NCBI GenBank assembly: GCA_963705505.1
Contig: CAVPJU010000010.1
Location: forward strand, 1-64,000
Length of the DNA stretch: 64,000 bases
Reading direction: 5' to 3'
DNA from: an uncultured bacterium
GTDB lineage: Bacteria > Desulfobacterota_D > UBA1144 > Nemesobacterales > UBA2774
The notes below the pieces were generated by a model. It did no database searches. It worked only from the letters and a program-made list of their open reading frames with translations, and had not been told where the DNA came from. The translations under genes were made by a program, and so were the position numbers. Below are positions 51,197-62,029 of the stretch, piece after piece. The stretch's first letter is position 1. Every line of letters starts with the position of its first letter.

Positions 51197-53260
51197 ATGT
51201 TAATTCTGGATAAGAGGAAATACGAGAGAATCGTATCGGATCTTATTGACGCAAAGGATATAAGGGAAATCGTCGATAAGTTCTCGATAGACAGGATTTA
51301 TTACTACCACGTACTTAAGGATATATCTTCGGGACAGCGCTCGCCTAATTTCAAACACCTTCAGAGTATAGCCCGGAAGAGGAAGCTCAGCGAAAATTTC
51401 ATTATAGAGCAGTCAAAATCGGTCCTGAATTATTTCGTACCGTACTATCAGAGCTACCCGACCGACTCGCTCGACTACTACAAGATACTGAATGTCCCCC
51501 GCAACGCCGCTGAGGAAGAGATAAGGCGGAGCTGGATAGAGCTCATGAAATCCCACCACCCGGACAAGGCGGGGGCAGATGGGCTGGACGCCGCGAAAAA
51601 GATAAACGAAGCCTATGATGTCCTGGGCAACAGCACTAAAAGGGAGGCGTACGACAATAAGCACCTCCCCGCGATGCCCGTCATAATCCCCGACAGCGGG
51701 CTCAGGAGATACTACTATGCAGTGCCGATCGCTCTCACCATATTCGTGGTGCTTATGTACGCCCTGGGCTCGGGACTCATATTCAAATCTCAGGAAGAAA
51801 AAGAAAGGCTCGCAAGGGTGATAGAAGACCCGAGCATCCCCAATGCCGTCTATAAGGGCGATTTAATGAAAGACGAATCCGATGAAAAAGCTGCTTCCGA
51901 AATAAAACCCGTCGAGCCCGCCGGCGATACGAACAGGATGATAGCGGAGAGGGAGAAGGAATCAGTCGAAGCCGGAAATAATCAGGAACAGAGAGGGGCC
52001 GAAATACCCGCTGAGGAGACTCTTGCCGAAAGTCGTAGTGCCGCGGAAATGAAGACGGAATCAGCGGCTGCGGAGTCGCCGGATAAAAAGGTTCCGGAAG
52101 AAACGGCGGAGAAGCCCGGGGCAATAGAAGTCGCCGATGCGGATAAAGGCGAGGTACCGCCTGTAGCGGCCGAGCCTGAAAAAAAGTTGGAGATAACCGA
52201 AATAATTCCCGATAAAGAGGAAAAGGCCGCTCCTGCCGAGGAAAAATCAGCCGGGGGTGAAAAGGTTCTGGCCGAAGCCGGCAGCGCTGAAATAAAAGAG
52301 AACCCAGAGGAAAATGAGAATACGGACAAGGCTGTTCCCGAGAAAAAGACGGAGGCTCAGCCGAAGGACGAGGAGCCCGTCAAGAAGGCGGTTATAGCCG
52401 AAAAGGCCCCGGAACCCGGTTCGGGGACGGAAGAGACGGCTAAAATTGCCGTACCCGAAAAAGAAGGAACATATACCGGCGGCACGTATCATACCGTCAA
52501 GAAAGGCGAGTCGTTATGGACGATAGCCCGCAAGTTCGACACGACTACCGCCGAGCTTACCAGGCTCAATAACATTGGGAACAGCAAGATAAACATCGGC
52601 GATAGATTATTAATATCCGGCAACGGTGTCCCTCTCCGCGAGACCGATTCAGGGCCCGGCATTATGGCAAGAAAGGCGGAGGCTGCTGAACCCGCTCCCG
52701 TTACTGCGGCAAAGAAGCCGGAAATCCCCAAGACTATAATTACAAAAACGGAACTAAACGGAAAGTCCCCGGAAAAGTCGGATATCGCCGCTGATTTCAA
52801 TCCCGAGCTCGCCACCTCGGCCGTGGCGATAAGGAATACCGAGGTCAGGGCTCCCGCGCCCGCTCCGCCTGTTTCCTCGCCGGACACGAACTCGCTTTAC
52901 TCTTTTGTTTCCAGTTACGTATCCGCTTACAAGAACAGGGACCTGGACCGTGTGAAGGCACTTTTTGCGCCTGATGCCGTCGAGAACGGCGTCAGCATAG
53001 CGAGGGTGCTCAGCAGCTACAGCTCGAACTTCTCAAAGCTCGAGATAGTCAGCTACGACGTAAAGGTCAAAAGGGCAACCCTTCAGAATTCCCTGGGGTA
53101 CGTAAGAGGGGATTTTTTCATAACGTTCAAGGACCAGCGCACGGGCGTGCTCAAGAACTCGAGAGGGAATATCAACTGGAAACTTGCCTGGGCGGGAGGC
53201 GCGTGGAAGATCCAGGAGCTTACCTATAAAATCGAATCAACCGATTCTGTCGGCGGATAA
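51197..53260 (+). CDS. J-domain / TM helix / acidic linker / LysM / NTF2-like multidomain protein
   Basis: DYYKIL...HHPDK...INEAYDVL; TM AVPIALTIFVVLMYALG; HTVKKGESLWTIARKF LysM; C-terminal YVSAYKNRDLD...WKI. Confidence 0.85.
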   Translation: MLILDKRKYERIVSDLIDAKDIREIVDKFSIDRIYYYHVLKDISSGQRSPNFKHLQSIARKRKLSENFIIEQSKSVLNYFVPYYQSYPTDSLDYYKILNVPRNAAEEEIRRSWIELMKSHHPDKAGADGLDAAKKINEAYDVLGNSTKREAYDNKHLPAMPVIIPDSGLRRYYYAVPIALTIFVVLMYALGSGLIFKSQEEKERLARVIEDPSIPNAVYKGDLMKDESDEKAASEIKPVEPAGDTNRMIAEREKESVEAGNNQEQRGAEIPAEETLAESRSAAEMKTESAAAESPDKKVPEETAEKPGAIEVADADKGEVPPVAAEPEKKLEITEIIPDKEEKAAPAEEKSAGGEKVLAEAGSAEIKENPEENENTDKAVPEKKTEAQPKDEEPVKKAVIAEKAPEPGSGTEETAKIAVPEKEGTYTGGTYHTVKKGESLWTIARKFDTTTAELTRLNNIGNSKINIGDRLLISGNGVPLRETDSGPGIMARKAEAAEPAPVTAAKKPEIPKTIITKTELNGKSPEKSDIAADFNPELATSAVAIRNTEVRAPAPAPPVSSPDTNSLYSFVSSYVSAYKNRDLDRVKALFAPDAVENGVSIARVLSSYSSNFSKLEIVSYDVKVKRATLQNSLGYVRGDFFITFKDQRTGVLKNSRGNINWKLAWAGGAWKIQELTYKIESTDSVGG

Positions 53261-53552
53261 TAAGATAAGCCGGCGGCGTACCCCGGAGAAAATTAAACCT
53301 TTATAACTTCACAGGATAGGGAGAACGCATCTAAACTTACCGAAGCGGCGGGGATAGGGAATTATTATCCGCGGAGGAGTTCATCATACGGCATACGAGC
53401 CGATATCGCGTGACGGCGCAAATATAACAAAAACTGTTCAAAAGGCGGTTAGTCGGGTAGTTTTTAGCTTCTTTAACAATTTAAATTGCCGTGCTGAAAG
53501 CCGTAATTGCGGTGAATTCTTGGCAAGCCAAAAAAGGGAGATGGTATTCGAA

Positions 53553-53828
53553 ATGGCTATATCAGGCAGAAGAAAAAAGAAAGACGCGAAGAAGAACATT
53601 TTAAAAAGGATATGGGACGGATGGAAGAAGATCGCGAGAAAAATAGGCGACTTCAATGCGAGGGTGATACTTACGATTTTTTATTTCGTGCTGCTTCTGC
53701 CCTTTGCTCTGGTGGTCAAATTTTTTACCGATCCCCTTGAGATAAAAAAGGGTGCCAAAAAAGGGTGGCAGGTAAAGGAGGAGAAGGCCGACATTCCTCC
53801 CATGGAAAGGGCGGCGAGGCAGTTTTAA
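53553..53828 (+). CDS. SxtJ-like small membrane protein
   Basis: WKKIARKIGDFNARVILTIFYFVLLLPFAL..DPL motif; upstream of carbamoyltransferase; start uncertain. Confidence 0.7.
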   Translation: MAISGRRKKKDAKKNILKRIWDGWKKIARKIGDFNARVILTIFYFVLLLPFALVVKFFTDPLEIKKGAKKGWQVKEEKADIPPMERAARQF

Positions 53829-53877
53829 ACGCATTTTATAGAGGAATTTGCCGGGGGTCAGCCCGCACGGAGACAAT

Positions 53878-55665
53878 ATGAATATTCTTGGAATTTCCTG
53901 TTACTTTCACGACGCGGCGGCCGCGCTCATCAAGGACGGAGTGCTTGTCGCGGCGGCCGAGGAAGAGAGGTTCAGCCGTATTAAACATGATTACGAATTC
54001 CCTGAGAACGCGATAGAGTTCTGCCTCGAGATGGGCGGCATCGAAACCGGCGACCTGGACTATGTAATGTTTTTTGAAAAGCCCTTCATCAAGTTCGAGA
54101 GGCTCCTTCTGTGCTCCATGCAGACCTACCCCCGCTCGATGAAGCTCTTCAGGGAAGCCATGGTCACATGGCTCGGCGACAAGCTCTGGGTGAAGCACCT
54201 GCTTCTTAAGAAGCTCGGAGTCCCCGCGTCCAAGGTCCTCTTCAGCGAACACCACCTCTCGCATGCCGCGAGCAGCTTCTACTGCTCCCCATTCGACGAG
54301 GCCGCGATACTGACGGTAGACGGTGTGGGTGAATGGACGACGGCTGCGCTCGGAGTGGGTAAAGGCACCGACATAAAGCTCCTTAAGGAAATAAGGTTCC
54401 CGCATTCACTGGGCCTGCTGTATAGCGCATTTACGGCTTTTCTCGGCTTCGAGGTAAACGAGGGGGAGTACAAAGTCATGGGAATGGCGCCATTCGGCCA
54501 GCCCAAATATGTAGATAAGGTCTACGAGCTTGTCCATGTGGACGACGACGGCGGGTTCGAGCTCGATATGGATTACTTCTGTTTCCACTACTCGTCCGAA
54601 AAGACCTTCAACAAGAAGTTCGAAAAGCTGTTCGGAGACCCGAGGGACCAGAAGGCGCATTTCTTCACCCCCTCGACCGGATACCCTTCATATTTCGGAG
54701 ACAGGCCCCCGAATTTCGACGAGCTTGGGAAACAGAACCAGTACTACGCCGACATAGCGGCGAGCATACAGGTGGTGACCGAGCAGATAATGCTCAAAAT
54801 GGCGCAGTACGCCTACAGGGAGACGGGCATCAACAAGCTCTGCATGGCAGGCGGTGTAGCGCTCAACAGTGTGGCGAACAGAAAAATACTGGCGGAGACG
54901 CCTTTTGACGATATATATATCCAGCCGGCTGCGGGCGATGGAGGCGGAGCCGTGGGCGCCGCGCTTTACGGTTATCATGCGCTTCTGGGCAAGCCCAGGA
55001 ATTTCGTAATGGAGCACGCATACTGGGGCGAGGAGCACAGCGCCTCCGATACGGAGGAATTCCTCAAGGAAAACAACATACCTTACGAGAGGCTCGAAGA
55101 CGACGAGAAGCTCATCGGGCGGGTGGTCGATAACCTCACTCGGGGGAAGGTCATCGGGTGGCATCAGGGGAGGTTCGAATGGGGGCCGCGCGCTCTCGGG
55201 AACAGGAGCATCCTGGCCGACCCGAGGAGGGCCGACATGAAAGATATAGTCAACGTAAAAATAAAGTTCAGGGAGCCTTTCCGTCCGTTCGCGCCTTCCG
55301 TGCTCGAGGAGAAGGCCGGGGATTATTTCGCGCTCGACGATCCGGCGAGGCATTACCCGGCGCGTTTCATGCTCTATGTGACGGACGTACACGAGGACAA
55401 GCGCGGCGTGCTGCCGGCTATAACGCACGTGGACGGGACCGGGAGGCTTCAGACCGTGAAGAGGGAGCTCAACCCCAAATACTACAGGCTCATCGAGACA
55501 TTCGGCGATGCAACGGGCGTGCCGGTTGTGCTCAACACATCGTTCAACCTCAAGGGCGAGCCGATAGTGAACACGCCCGGAGAGGCGTTCAACTCATTCA
55601 GCAAGAGCGGGATGGACGTTCTCGTACTCGGAAATTATTTAATAGACAAGGAAAAACTTCCTTAA
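53878..55665 (+). CDS. Carbamoyltransferase (NodU/CmcH/TobZ family)
   Basis: HDAAAA, EEERFSR, HHLSHA, DGVGE, GEYKVMG, GPRALGNRS, HVDGT, NTSFN. Confidence 0.95.
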   Translation: MNILGISCYFHDAAAALIKDGVLVAAAEEERFSRIKHDYEFPENAIEFCLEMGGIETGDLDYVMFFEKPFIKFERLLLCSMQTYPRSMKLFREAMVTWLGDKLWVKHLLLKKLGVPASKVLFSEHHLSHAASSFYCSPFDEAAILTVDGVGEWTTAALGVGKGTDIKLLKEIRFPHSLGLLYSAFTAFLGFEVNEGEYKVMGMAPFGQPKYVDKVYELVHVDDDGGFELDMDYFCFHYSSEKTFNKKFEKLFGDPRDQKAHFFTPSTGYPSYFGDRPPNFDELGKQNQYYADIAASIQVVTEQIMLKMAQYAYRETGINKLCMAGGVALNSVANRKILAETPFDDIYIQPAAGDGGGAVGAALYGYHALLGKPRNFVMEHAYWGEEHSASDTEEFLKENNIPYERLEDDEKLIGRVVDNLTRGKVIGWHQGRFEWGPRALGNRSILADPRRADMKDIVNVKIKFREPFRPFAPSVLEEKAGDYFALDDPARHYPARFMLYVTDVHEDKRGVLPAITHVDGTGRLQTVKRELNPKYYRLIETFGDATGVPVVLNTSFNLKGEPIVNTPGEAFNSFSKSGMDVLVLGNYLIDKEKLP

Positions 55666-55732
55666 CTGGCGCGAGGTTAACGAGTGCTGTAAAATTAGAT
55701 ATAATTTATTATCTCATCGGGGGGATATTCAT

Positions 55733-55912
55733 ATGTCGTTCCTAAAGGGCATAACTGACAGAATGGGCATAATCGGCGAGCTGCTCCAGTTCTTCATACA
55801 GAACAAGTGGTGGTGGATTACGCCGATGATTCTGATACTACTCATATTCGCATTATTGATTATATTTGCGCAGAGCTCCGCAGTGGCTCCCTTCATATAC
55901 ACGCTATTTTAA
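55733..55912 (+). CDS. DUF5989/SxtK-like small membrane protein (59 aa, not in ORF track)
   Basis: Manual translation MSFLKGITDRMGIIGELLQFFIQNKWWWITPMILILLIFALLIIFAQSSAVAPFIYTLF. Confidence 0.88.
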   Translation: MSFLKGITDRMGIIGELLQFFIQNKWWWITPMILILLIFALLIIFAQSSAVAPFIYTLF

Positions 55913-55924
55913 TAGCCGATTCAT

Positions 55925-55955
55925 GCCCGGCCGCGCGCACGGCCGGGCTTCTTCT
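55925..55955 (+). terminator. Probable intrinsic terminator
   Basis: GCCCGGCCG-CGCGCA-CGGCCGGGC then TTCTTCT. Confidence 0.55.
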
Positions 55956-56311
55956 GTAATTTCTCAATCGCTCAACTCCCTTACATTCCGTTTTCACCGG
56001 AGCATCCCGGACGTACTCTATACCGGGTTTAATCACACGTTGTACTTCTCCGGTCAGATCTTTTTTATCCGGCAACTTTGATATTTACCCTCCGGCAAAT
56101 AAGGGTATAGAATTAGGGAAAGGGGATGTTATCGGTTTCCATAATTCCGACGACATGTATGCGGTTGTTCAAGTGCTCGGGAGTTTATCCGTCCTGCGAG
56201 CGGAGAGCTTGCTGAGTGATTATGCGCCGGACCGATCTTTATGCGGCGGGATATGAATCAGTCAGATGCTCGGAATTAAAAGTTGATTAAACAACGCGAG
56301 AGTGCCACCGG

Positions 56312-57355
56312 ATGAAAAGAGCGGTCATCAGCGGTATTACAGGTCAGGACGGCTCGTACATGACGGAGTTTCTGCTGTCGGTCGGTTACGAGGTGCACGG
56401 TATCATCAGCTGGTCTAATCCGTCTAAAGACGAATATATAGACCGTTCTTATCTCGATCACGGGGAGCAGGACCCGGGGCTCTACCACCATTCCTGGGAC
56501 ACGTCCGATTCCGGGCAGCTCACTAAACTCATTTACGAGATTCATCCTGACGAGGTCTATCACTTCGGGGCCCAGGGCCGCACGAGTGTCAGGTACGATA
56601 TGCACGAATTCAGCGGGGATATAACGGGGCTCAGCTCATCGACGATTTTAGAGGCGATAAGGCAGAGCGGCATTAAGTGCAGGTTCTGTCACGCTTCATC
56701 GAGCGAGATATTCGGCTCGACACCGGCTCCGCAGAGAGAGTCTTCCCCTTTCCGCCCGCACAGTCCCTATGCGTGCGCGAAGCTCATGTCCCACCTGTCG
56801 GCGGTAAACTACAGGGAGGCGTACGGCATATTCGCAGCGAACGGGATACTTTTCAACCACGAGTCCCCGAGGAGGGGAGAGATATTCGTATCGAGGAAGA
56901 TAACCAGCGCCGTAGCGCGGATCAAGGCGTGCGAGGAGAGATACCTCATTCTCGGAGACCTCAAGCCAGAAAGGGACTGGGGTTATGCGCCCGAGTACAT
57001 AGAGATGATGTGGAAAATGCTCGATAACGATTCACCCTGCGACTACGTGATAGGCACGGGCGAGTCGCATCCGGTGGGGGAGTTCGTCGAGGAAGCGTTC
57101 GCATACGCAGGGCTTGACTGGAACGAGCATGTGAGGATAGACCCGAGGTATTTCCGTACCCCGGAGGCGCCGGTCTTGAAAGCCGACCCCTCGAGGGCGA
57201 AAATGGAATTGGGATGGGAGCCGCATATCAGGTTCAGGGAGCTTGTAAGGGTCATGGTCGACGCCGATATGAGGGCGCTCGGTCTCGAGCCTCCGGGACA
57301 AGGGGACAGGCTGCTTGAAGAGACGTTCCCCGTGAGCTGGTGGAAGAAGGAATAA
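56312..57355 (+). CDS. gmd: GDP-mannose 4,6-dehydratase-like protein, divergent
   Basis: GITGQDG, ASSSE, SPYACAK, FNHESPRRG, RDWG. Confidence 0.85.
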   Translation: MKRAVISGITGQDGSYMTEFLLSVGYEVHGIISWSNPSKDEYIDRSYLDHGEQDPGLYHHSWDTSDSGQLTKLIYEIHPDEVYHFGAQGRTSVRYDMHEFSGDITGLSSSTILEAIRQSGIKCRFCHASSSEIFGSTPAPQRESSPFRPHSPYACAKLMSHLSAVNYREAYGIFAANGILFNHESPRRGEIFVSRKITSAVARIKACEERYLILGDLKPERDWGYAPEYIEMMWKMLDNDSPCDYVIGTGESHPVGEFVEEAFAYAGLDWNEHVRIDPRYFRTPEAPVLKADPSRAKMELGWEPHIRFRELVRVMVDADMRALGLEPPGQGDRLLEETFPVSWWKKE

Positions 57356-57531
57356 CCGCCTCACACCGTGAAGCTGTACTCTCACGGATACCGCTTTCCC
57401 GTCCGACGCTTCGGGGTGTATCGCGATCCGGCGGGAAATAAATTTTGACCTTTCCGTATTTTCCCTTAAACTCTTGTCCGAAAAAACGATGATTAATTTA
57501 TTCTTACCGGAAGGTAAAAGAGGAGGCTTTA

Positions 57532-58134
57532 ATGCAGAGATTTGTTATCCCTCACAATCACGAGATAACTAAAGAGGACAGACGCAAGCTAAGCGGCCAC
57601 GGCTCGCTTATCCTTTGGTTCACGGGCCTTCCGTGCTCGGGTAAATCGACGCTCGCAAACGAGGTCGAAAAAAGGCTGATCTCCTCGGGGGTCAGGACTT
57701 TCATTCTCGACGGCGATAACGTCAGGATGGGGCTTTGCAAGGACCTCGGGTTCTCGGAGGCGGACAGGGCGGAGAATATAAGGCGCATCGGAGAGGTGTC
57801 CAAGCTCTTCGTTCAGGCCGGATGCATAGTGCTTTCGGCATTCGTGAGCCCGTACAGGAGGGACAGGGACGCTGTCAGGGCGCTCGTCGATGAAGGCGAG
57901 TTCGTGGAGGTGTTCGTGAGCGCTCCCCTCGAGGTCTGCGAGCAGAGGGACGTAAAGGGTCTTTACAAGAAGGCGAGAGAGGGGGTTATAAAAGGGTTTA
58001 CAGGAATCGACGACCCCTACGAGGCGCCGCTGAAGCCGGAAATAGTCATAGAGACGGACAAGATGACGCTCGAGAAGGGAGCCGATTACATAATCAGCTA
58101 CCTCGCCGCGAAAAAGGTTTTGAATTCGAACTAA
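57532..58134 (+). CDS. cysC: Adenylyl-sulfate kinase
   Basis: [35 protein letters not shown]. Confidence 0.96.
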   Translation: MQRFVIPHNHEITKEDRRKLSGHGSLILWFTGLPCSGKSTLANEVEKRLISSGVRTFILDGDNVRMGLCKDLGFSEADRAENIRRIGEVSKLFVQAGCIVLSAFVSPYRRDRDAVRALVDEGEFVEVFVSAPLEVCEQRDVKGLYKKAREGVIKGFTGIDDPYEAPLKPEIVIETDKMTLEKGADYIISYLAAKKVLNSN

Positions 58135-58165
58135 CCCGGCAATGGCCGTAGAGGAGATATATAGT

Positions 58166-59107
58166 ATGCGTAAAAGGGTCCTCGTAACCGGAGGGGCGGG
58201 ATTTATAGGGTCCCACCTCTGTGAAAGGCTCCTCGGAGAGGGGAACGAGGTCATTTGCGTGGATAACTTCTTCACGGGGTCGAGGGAAAATATCAAGCAC
58301 CTACTTCCCGACCCCTATTTCGAGGTCGTCAGGCACGATATATGCTTCCCTCTTTACCTCGAGGTGGACGAGATATATAACCTCGCGTGTCCCGCATCCC
58401 CGATCCATTATCAGCTCGATCCTGTCCAGACGACCAAGGTCAACGTCTCGGGGTCGATAAACATGCTGGGGCTCGCAAAGAGGCTGAAGATAAAGATATT
58501 CCAGGCATCGACGAGCGAGGTCTACGGAGACCCCGCAGTTCACCCCCAGACCGAGGATTACTGGGGGAACGTAAACCCGATAGGGCTGCGTGCCTGCTAC
58601 GACGAGGGGAAGAGGTGCGCGGAAACCCTCTTTTTCGATTACCACCGCCAGCACGGCATAGAAATCAAGGTGCTCAGGATATTCAACACGTACGGCCCGA
58701 GGATGCACCCAAACGACGGCAGGGTAGTGAGCAACTTCATCATCCAGGCGCTCAGGGGGGAGGACATTACCATTTACGGGAGTGGCTCGCAAACGAGGTC
58801 CTTCTGCTACGTGGACGATACCGTGGACGCCGTTATACGCATGATGAACTCTCCCCGCGGGTTTACGGGTCCCGTAAACGCCGGGAACCCGGATGAAGTC
58901 ACGATGCTCGACCTCGCAAAGAGGATTATAGACTTAACGGACTCTCCATCGAAGCTCGTATTCAGCGACCTGCCCGGGGATGACCCGCGGAGAAGGAAGC
59001 CCGACATATCGCTTGCGCAAAAGAACCTCGGGTGGAATCCGGAGATAGATCTCGGAACCGGGCTCTTAAGGACAATTGAGTATTTCAGGTCGCGCCTCGG
59101 TGAGTAG
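58166..59107 (+). CDS. UDP-glucuronate decarboxylase family SDR
   Basis: [39 protein letters not shown]. Confidence 0.93.
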   Translation: MRKRVLVTGGAGFIGSHLCERLLGEGNEVICVDNFFTGSRENIKHLLPDPYFEVVRHDICFPLYLEVDEIYNLACPASPIHYQLDPVQTTKVNVSGSINMLGLAKRLKIKIFQASTSEVYGDPAVHPQTEDYWGNVNPIGLRACYDEGKRCAETLFFDYHRQHGIEIKVLRIFNTYGPRMHPNDGRVVSNFIIQALRGEDITIYGSGSQTRSFCYVDDTVDAVIRMMNSPRGFTGPVNAGNPDEVTMLDLAKRIIDLTDSPSKLVFSDLPGDDPRRRKPDISLAQKNLGWNPEIDLGTGLLRTIEYFRSRLGE

Positions 59108-59359
59108 CGGGTCGAGAAAGGCCTTTCTTATGCAATCGGTCTGGGCGCTGCTATGTCCCTGGGTCCGGCATAAACTGTGCCGCGTCCGGATTCCCGCGAA
59201 TAATGCGTGACATATCTGATTATAGAATTATATAAACGATTGCGGTGCGCATGCCTCTTTTGACGGTTTTTCCCCGTAGCTGACAAAAATAGTCTTGACT
59301 TTTTGTAAGCAGTTGTATTATCATTTAAATACCAGTTCTAGGACCGAAGAAATATCTAA

Positions 59360-60652
59360 ATGTCTGATATTAAAGCAAAAAATAAACTTCAGCATACTCG
59401 ATTATCCAAGCTCATGACTGAAATCGCCGAAAGGGCGAAGGGAGCTTCGCTTAAGCTCGCAAAATCCCCTTCCGGCCCCAAGAACGACGCGCTTCTCAGG
59501 ATGTCAAAAGGCATCATCGAAAGGGCGGGGCATATAATCGCTGAGAATAAGAAGGACGTGGACGAGGCCCTGTCGAAGGGGCTCTCCGGAGCCATGATAG
59601 ACCGTCTCACGCTGACAGAGGAGCGTATCGCGAAGATTTCGGACGGACTCAGGGAAGTCTCGGCCCTCGATGACCCCGTCGGGGAGATCGTCCGCATGTG
59701 GAAGCGTCCGAACGGGCTTCTCGTGGGGAAGATGAGGATACCGCTTGGCGTGATAGGGATAATTTACGAGTCGAGGCCCAACGTCACGGCCGACGCCGCG
59801 GGCCTATGCATTAAGTCGGGCAACGCGGTTATACTCCGCGGCGGCTCTGAATCGATAAGGACTAACCTCGCGATAGGCGAGGTGCTGAGGGGCTCCCTGA
59901 AAGAGTCCGGTCTGCCCGAGGACGCGGTGCAGATCGTCCCGGTCGCAGAGAGGGAGGCGGTTCTCGAGATGCTCAAGCTCGAGGAGTATATCGACCTCAT
60001 AATACCGAGGGGAGGGGAGGGACTCATCAGGTTCGTGTCGGAGAACTCGAGAATACCCGTCCTCAAACATTATAAGGGTGTTTGCCACATATTCGTCGAC
60101 GAGAGCGCCGACCCTGAGATGGCCGAGAGGATTTGCGTTAACGCCAAGGTGGAGCGCCCGGGCGTATGCAACGCCATGGAGACGATGCTCGTCCATGAAA
60201 ATATTGCGGGTAAATTCCTGCCGCGTATCGCGAAGAGGTTCGCCGAAGAGGGGGTTGAGCTCAGGGGCTGCGAGCGCACGAGGGAAATAGTGCCCGGTAT
60301 GAAGAAAGCCGAAGAGGCGGACTGGTACGAGGAATACCTCGACCTCATACTGAGCGTGAAGGTCGTAAAAGATATCGATGAAGCGATAAACCATATAGAG
60401 AAATACGGCTCCATGCACACGGAGTCGATAATCACGGAGAACTACACAAATTCTCAAAAGTTCCTAAACGGAGTAAATTCGTCGACCGTCATGGTCAACG
60501 CGTCCACGCGGTTCAGTGACGGGTACGAGCTCGGACTCGGCGCCGAGATCGGAATAAGCACGTCCAAGCTGCACGCTTTCGGACCGATGGGCGCACTCGA
60601 GCTTACGACGACGAAGTTCATCGTTTTCGGAGAAGGGCAGATTAGAAAGTAG
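59360..60652 (+). CDS. proA: Gamma-glutamyl phosphate reductase
   Basis: [31 protein letters not shown]. Confidence 0.96.
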   Translation: MSDIKAKNKLQHTRLSKLMTEIAERAKGASLKLAKSPSGPKNDALLRMSKGIIERAGHIIAENKKDVDEALSKGLSGAMIDRLTLTEERIAKISDGLREVSALDDPVGEIVRMWKRPNGLLVGKMRIPLGVIGIIYESRPNVTADAAGLCIKSGNAVILRGGSESIRTNLAIGEVLRGSLKESGLPEDAVQIVPVAEREAVLEMLKLEEYIDLIIPRGGEGLIRFVSENSRIPVLKHYKGVCHIFVDESADPEMAERICVNAKVERPGVCNAMETMLVHENIAGKFLPRIAKRFAEEGVELRGCERTREIVPGMKKAEEADWYEEYLDLILSVKVVKDIDEAINHIEKYGSMHTESIITENYTNSQKFLNGVNSSTVMVNASTRFSDGYELGLGAEIGISTSKLHAFGPMGALELTTTKFIVFGEGQIRK

Positions 60653-60680
60653 TGCCATCTAAATTAGAGGAGGATGGAAA

Positions 60681-62024
60681 TTGAGAAAAGCCAGGCTTAA
60701 GACCAAAACCCTTCCTGCGTCCGACAGAAAGAGTTCGAGGATCGGATCCATATCCAAGAAGAAGGAAAAGAAGAAAGAGAATTTCACGAATGCCGAGTAC
60801 GATAATTTCCCCGAGGATATCGAGAGCGTCCCGCAGGAGGAAGAGTTCCTGATGGATATCGACGATAAGGTGCTTGTCGAGCTCTCGGAGGCGGAGATCG
60901 ACCTGAAAGAGGAGAACCCGGAGGACGAATCGTCCGAGGAAAGCGGAAAGCAGTTTACGCCTGATGAGGAATTCAGGCTCTTACAGGTTTATTTCAAGGA
61001 GATGGGGATGGAGCCTCTCCTTACCCCGAAAGAGGAAATAGAGGTTTCGGCCAAGATAAAAAGGTGCGAGGCGAAAGCGGCCGAGATGAGGTCGATACTC
61101 GAAAACCTTTTTCAAAAACGGCTCGGCAAAGCGCTTGAAAGCACGATCTCCCAGGTGGAAGGCCTTAAACGCAGAGGCATGTCCGCGCGGATGAAAAACT
61201 CGAAAAAGCTGAAATCGGCCGTAAGGAAGCTCGACGGCGAAGCGGCAAAGAAAAGCATCAGGAGATCGACCCTCCTTTCAAAGGTGTACATGATGCGCGC
61301 GAGGCGCTTCAAGGAAAGGTTTATAAAAGCCAATCTCAGGCTCGTCGTGAGCATTGCGAAAAGGTATATGAGCAGGGGCCTCCCGCTGCCCGACCTGATT
61401 CAGGAAGGGAACGTGGGTCTCATGAGGGCGGTCGAGAGGTTTGACCATACGAAGGGGTATAAGTTCTCTACGTACGCGTCGTGGTGGATACATCAGGCGA
61501 TATCGCGCTCCCTTCTGGACCAGACGAGAACTATCAGGGTCCCGGTTTATGTGCTCGAGCAGGCGACCAAGGTCCACAGGGTCAGCTCGGCGATGAATAA
61601 GGAGATGGGAAGAAAGCCGCTCCCCGAAGAGATTTCGAGGAAGACCGGCATTTCCGTCGAGGGCGTAAAGAGGGTGCTCGAAGCGACCAAGGAAGTAGTT
61701 CAGCTCGACTCCCCTGTTCTCGACGGTGAGAAGACGACGCTCCTCGATTTCATACAGGACGACGTTACGGGCTCTCCCGACTTTGCCGTTGCGAAAGCCA
61801 CGCTTACATCGAAGATAAAGGACGCCCTCTCGACGCTCACGCCGCGCGAGGAACAGATACTCAAAATGAGGTTCGGCATAGGTTTCGAGACGACATTCAC
61901 GCTGGACGAGATAGGGAAACACTTCAGGCTGACCAGGGAACGCATCAGGCAGATAGAAAAGAGGGCTCTGGAGAAGCTCGAAGATTCCGACGTAGGGGCG
62001 ATACTTAAAAGTTTTATAGAGTAG
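60681..62024 (+). CDS. sigma70-family (RpoD/RpoS-like) sigma factor
   Basis: ANLRLVVSIAK, DLIQEGNVGLMRAV, KFSTYASWWI, TRERIRQIE; TTG start after GAGGAGG. Confidence 0.92.
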   Translation: MRKARLKTKTLPASDRKSSRIGSISKKKEKKKENFTNAEYDNFPEDIESVPQEEEFLMDIDDKVLVELSEAEIDLKEENPEDESSEESGKQFTPDEEFRLLQVYFKEMGMEPLLTPKEEIEVSAKIKRCEAKAAEMRSILENLFQKRLGKALESTISQVEGLKRRGMSARMKNSKKLKSAVRKLDGEAAKKSIRRSTLLSKVYMMRARRFKERFIKANLRLVVSIAKRYMSRGLPLPDLIQEGNVGLMRAVERFDHTKGYKFSTYASWWIHQAISRSLLDQTRTIRVPVYVLEQATKVHRVSSAMNKEMGRKPLPEEISRKTGISVEGVKRVLEATKEVVQLDSPVLDGEKTTLLDFIQDDVTGSPDFAVAKATLTSKIKDALSTLTPREEQILKMRFGIGFETTFTLDEIGKHFRLTRERIRQIEKRALEKLEDSDVGAILKSFIE

Positions 62025-62029
62025 AGTCG

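Noticed and set aside
53553..55912. Saxitoxin biosynthesis cluster
   Set aside because: Only the sxtI/J/K-like trio is present; no sxtA, sxtG or other core genes
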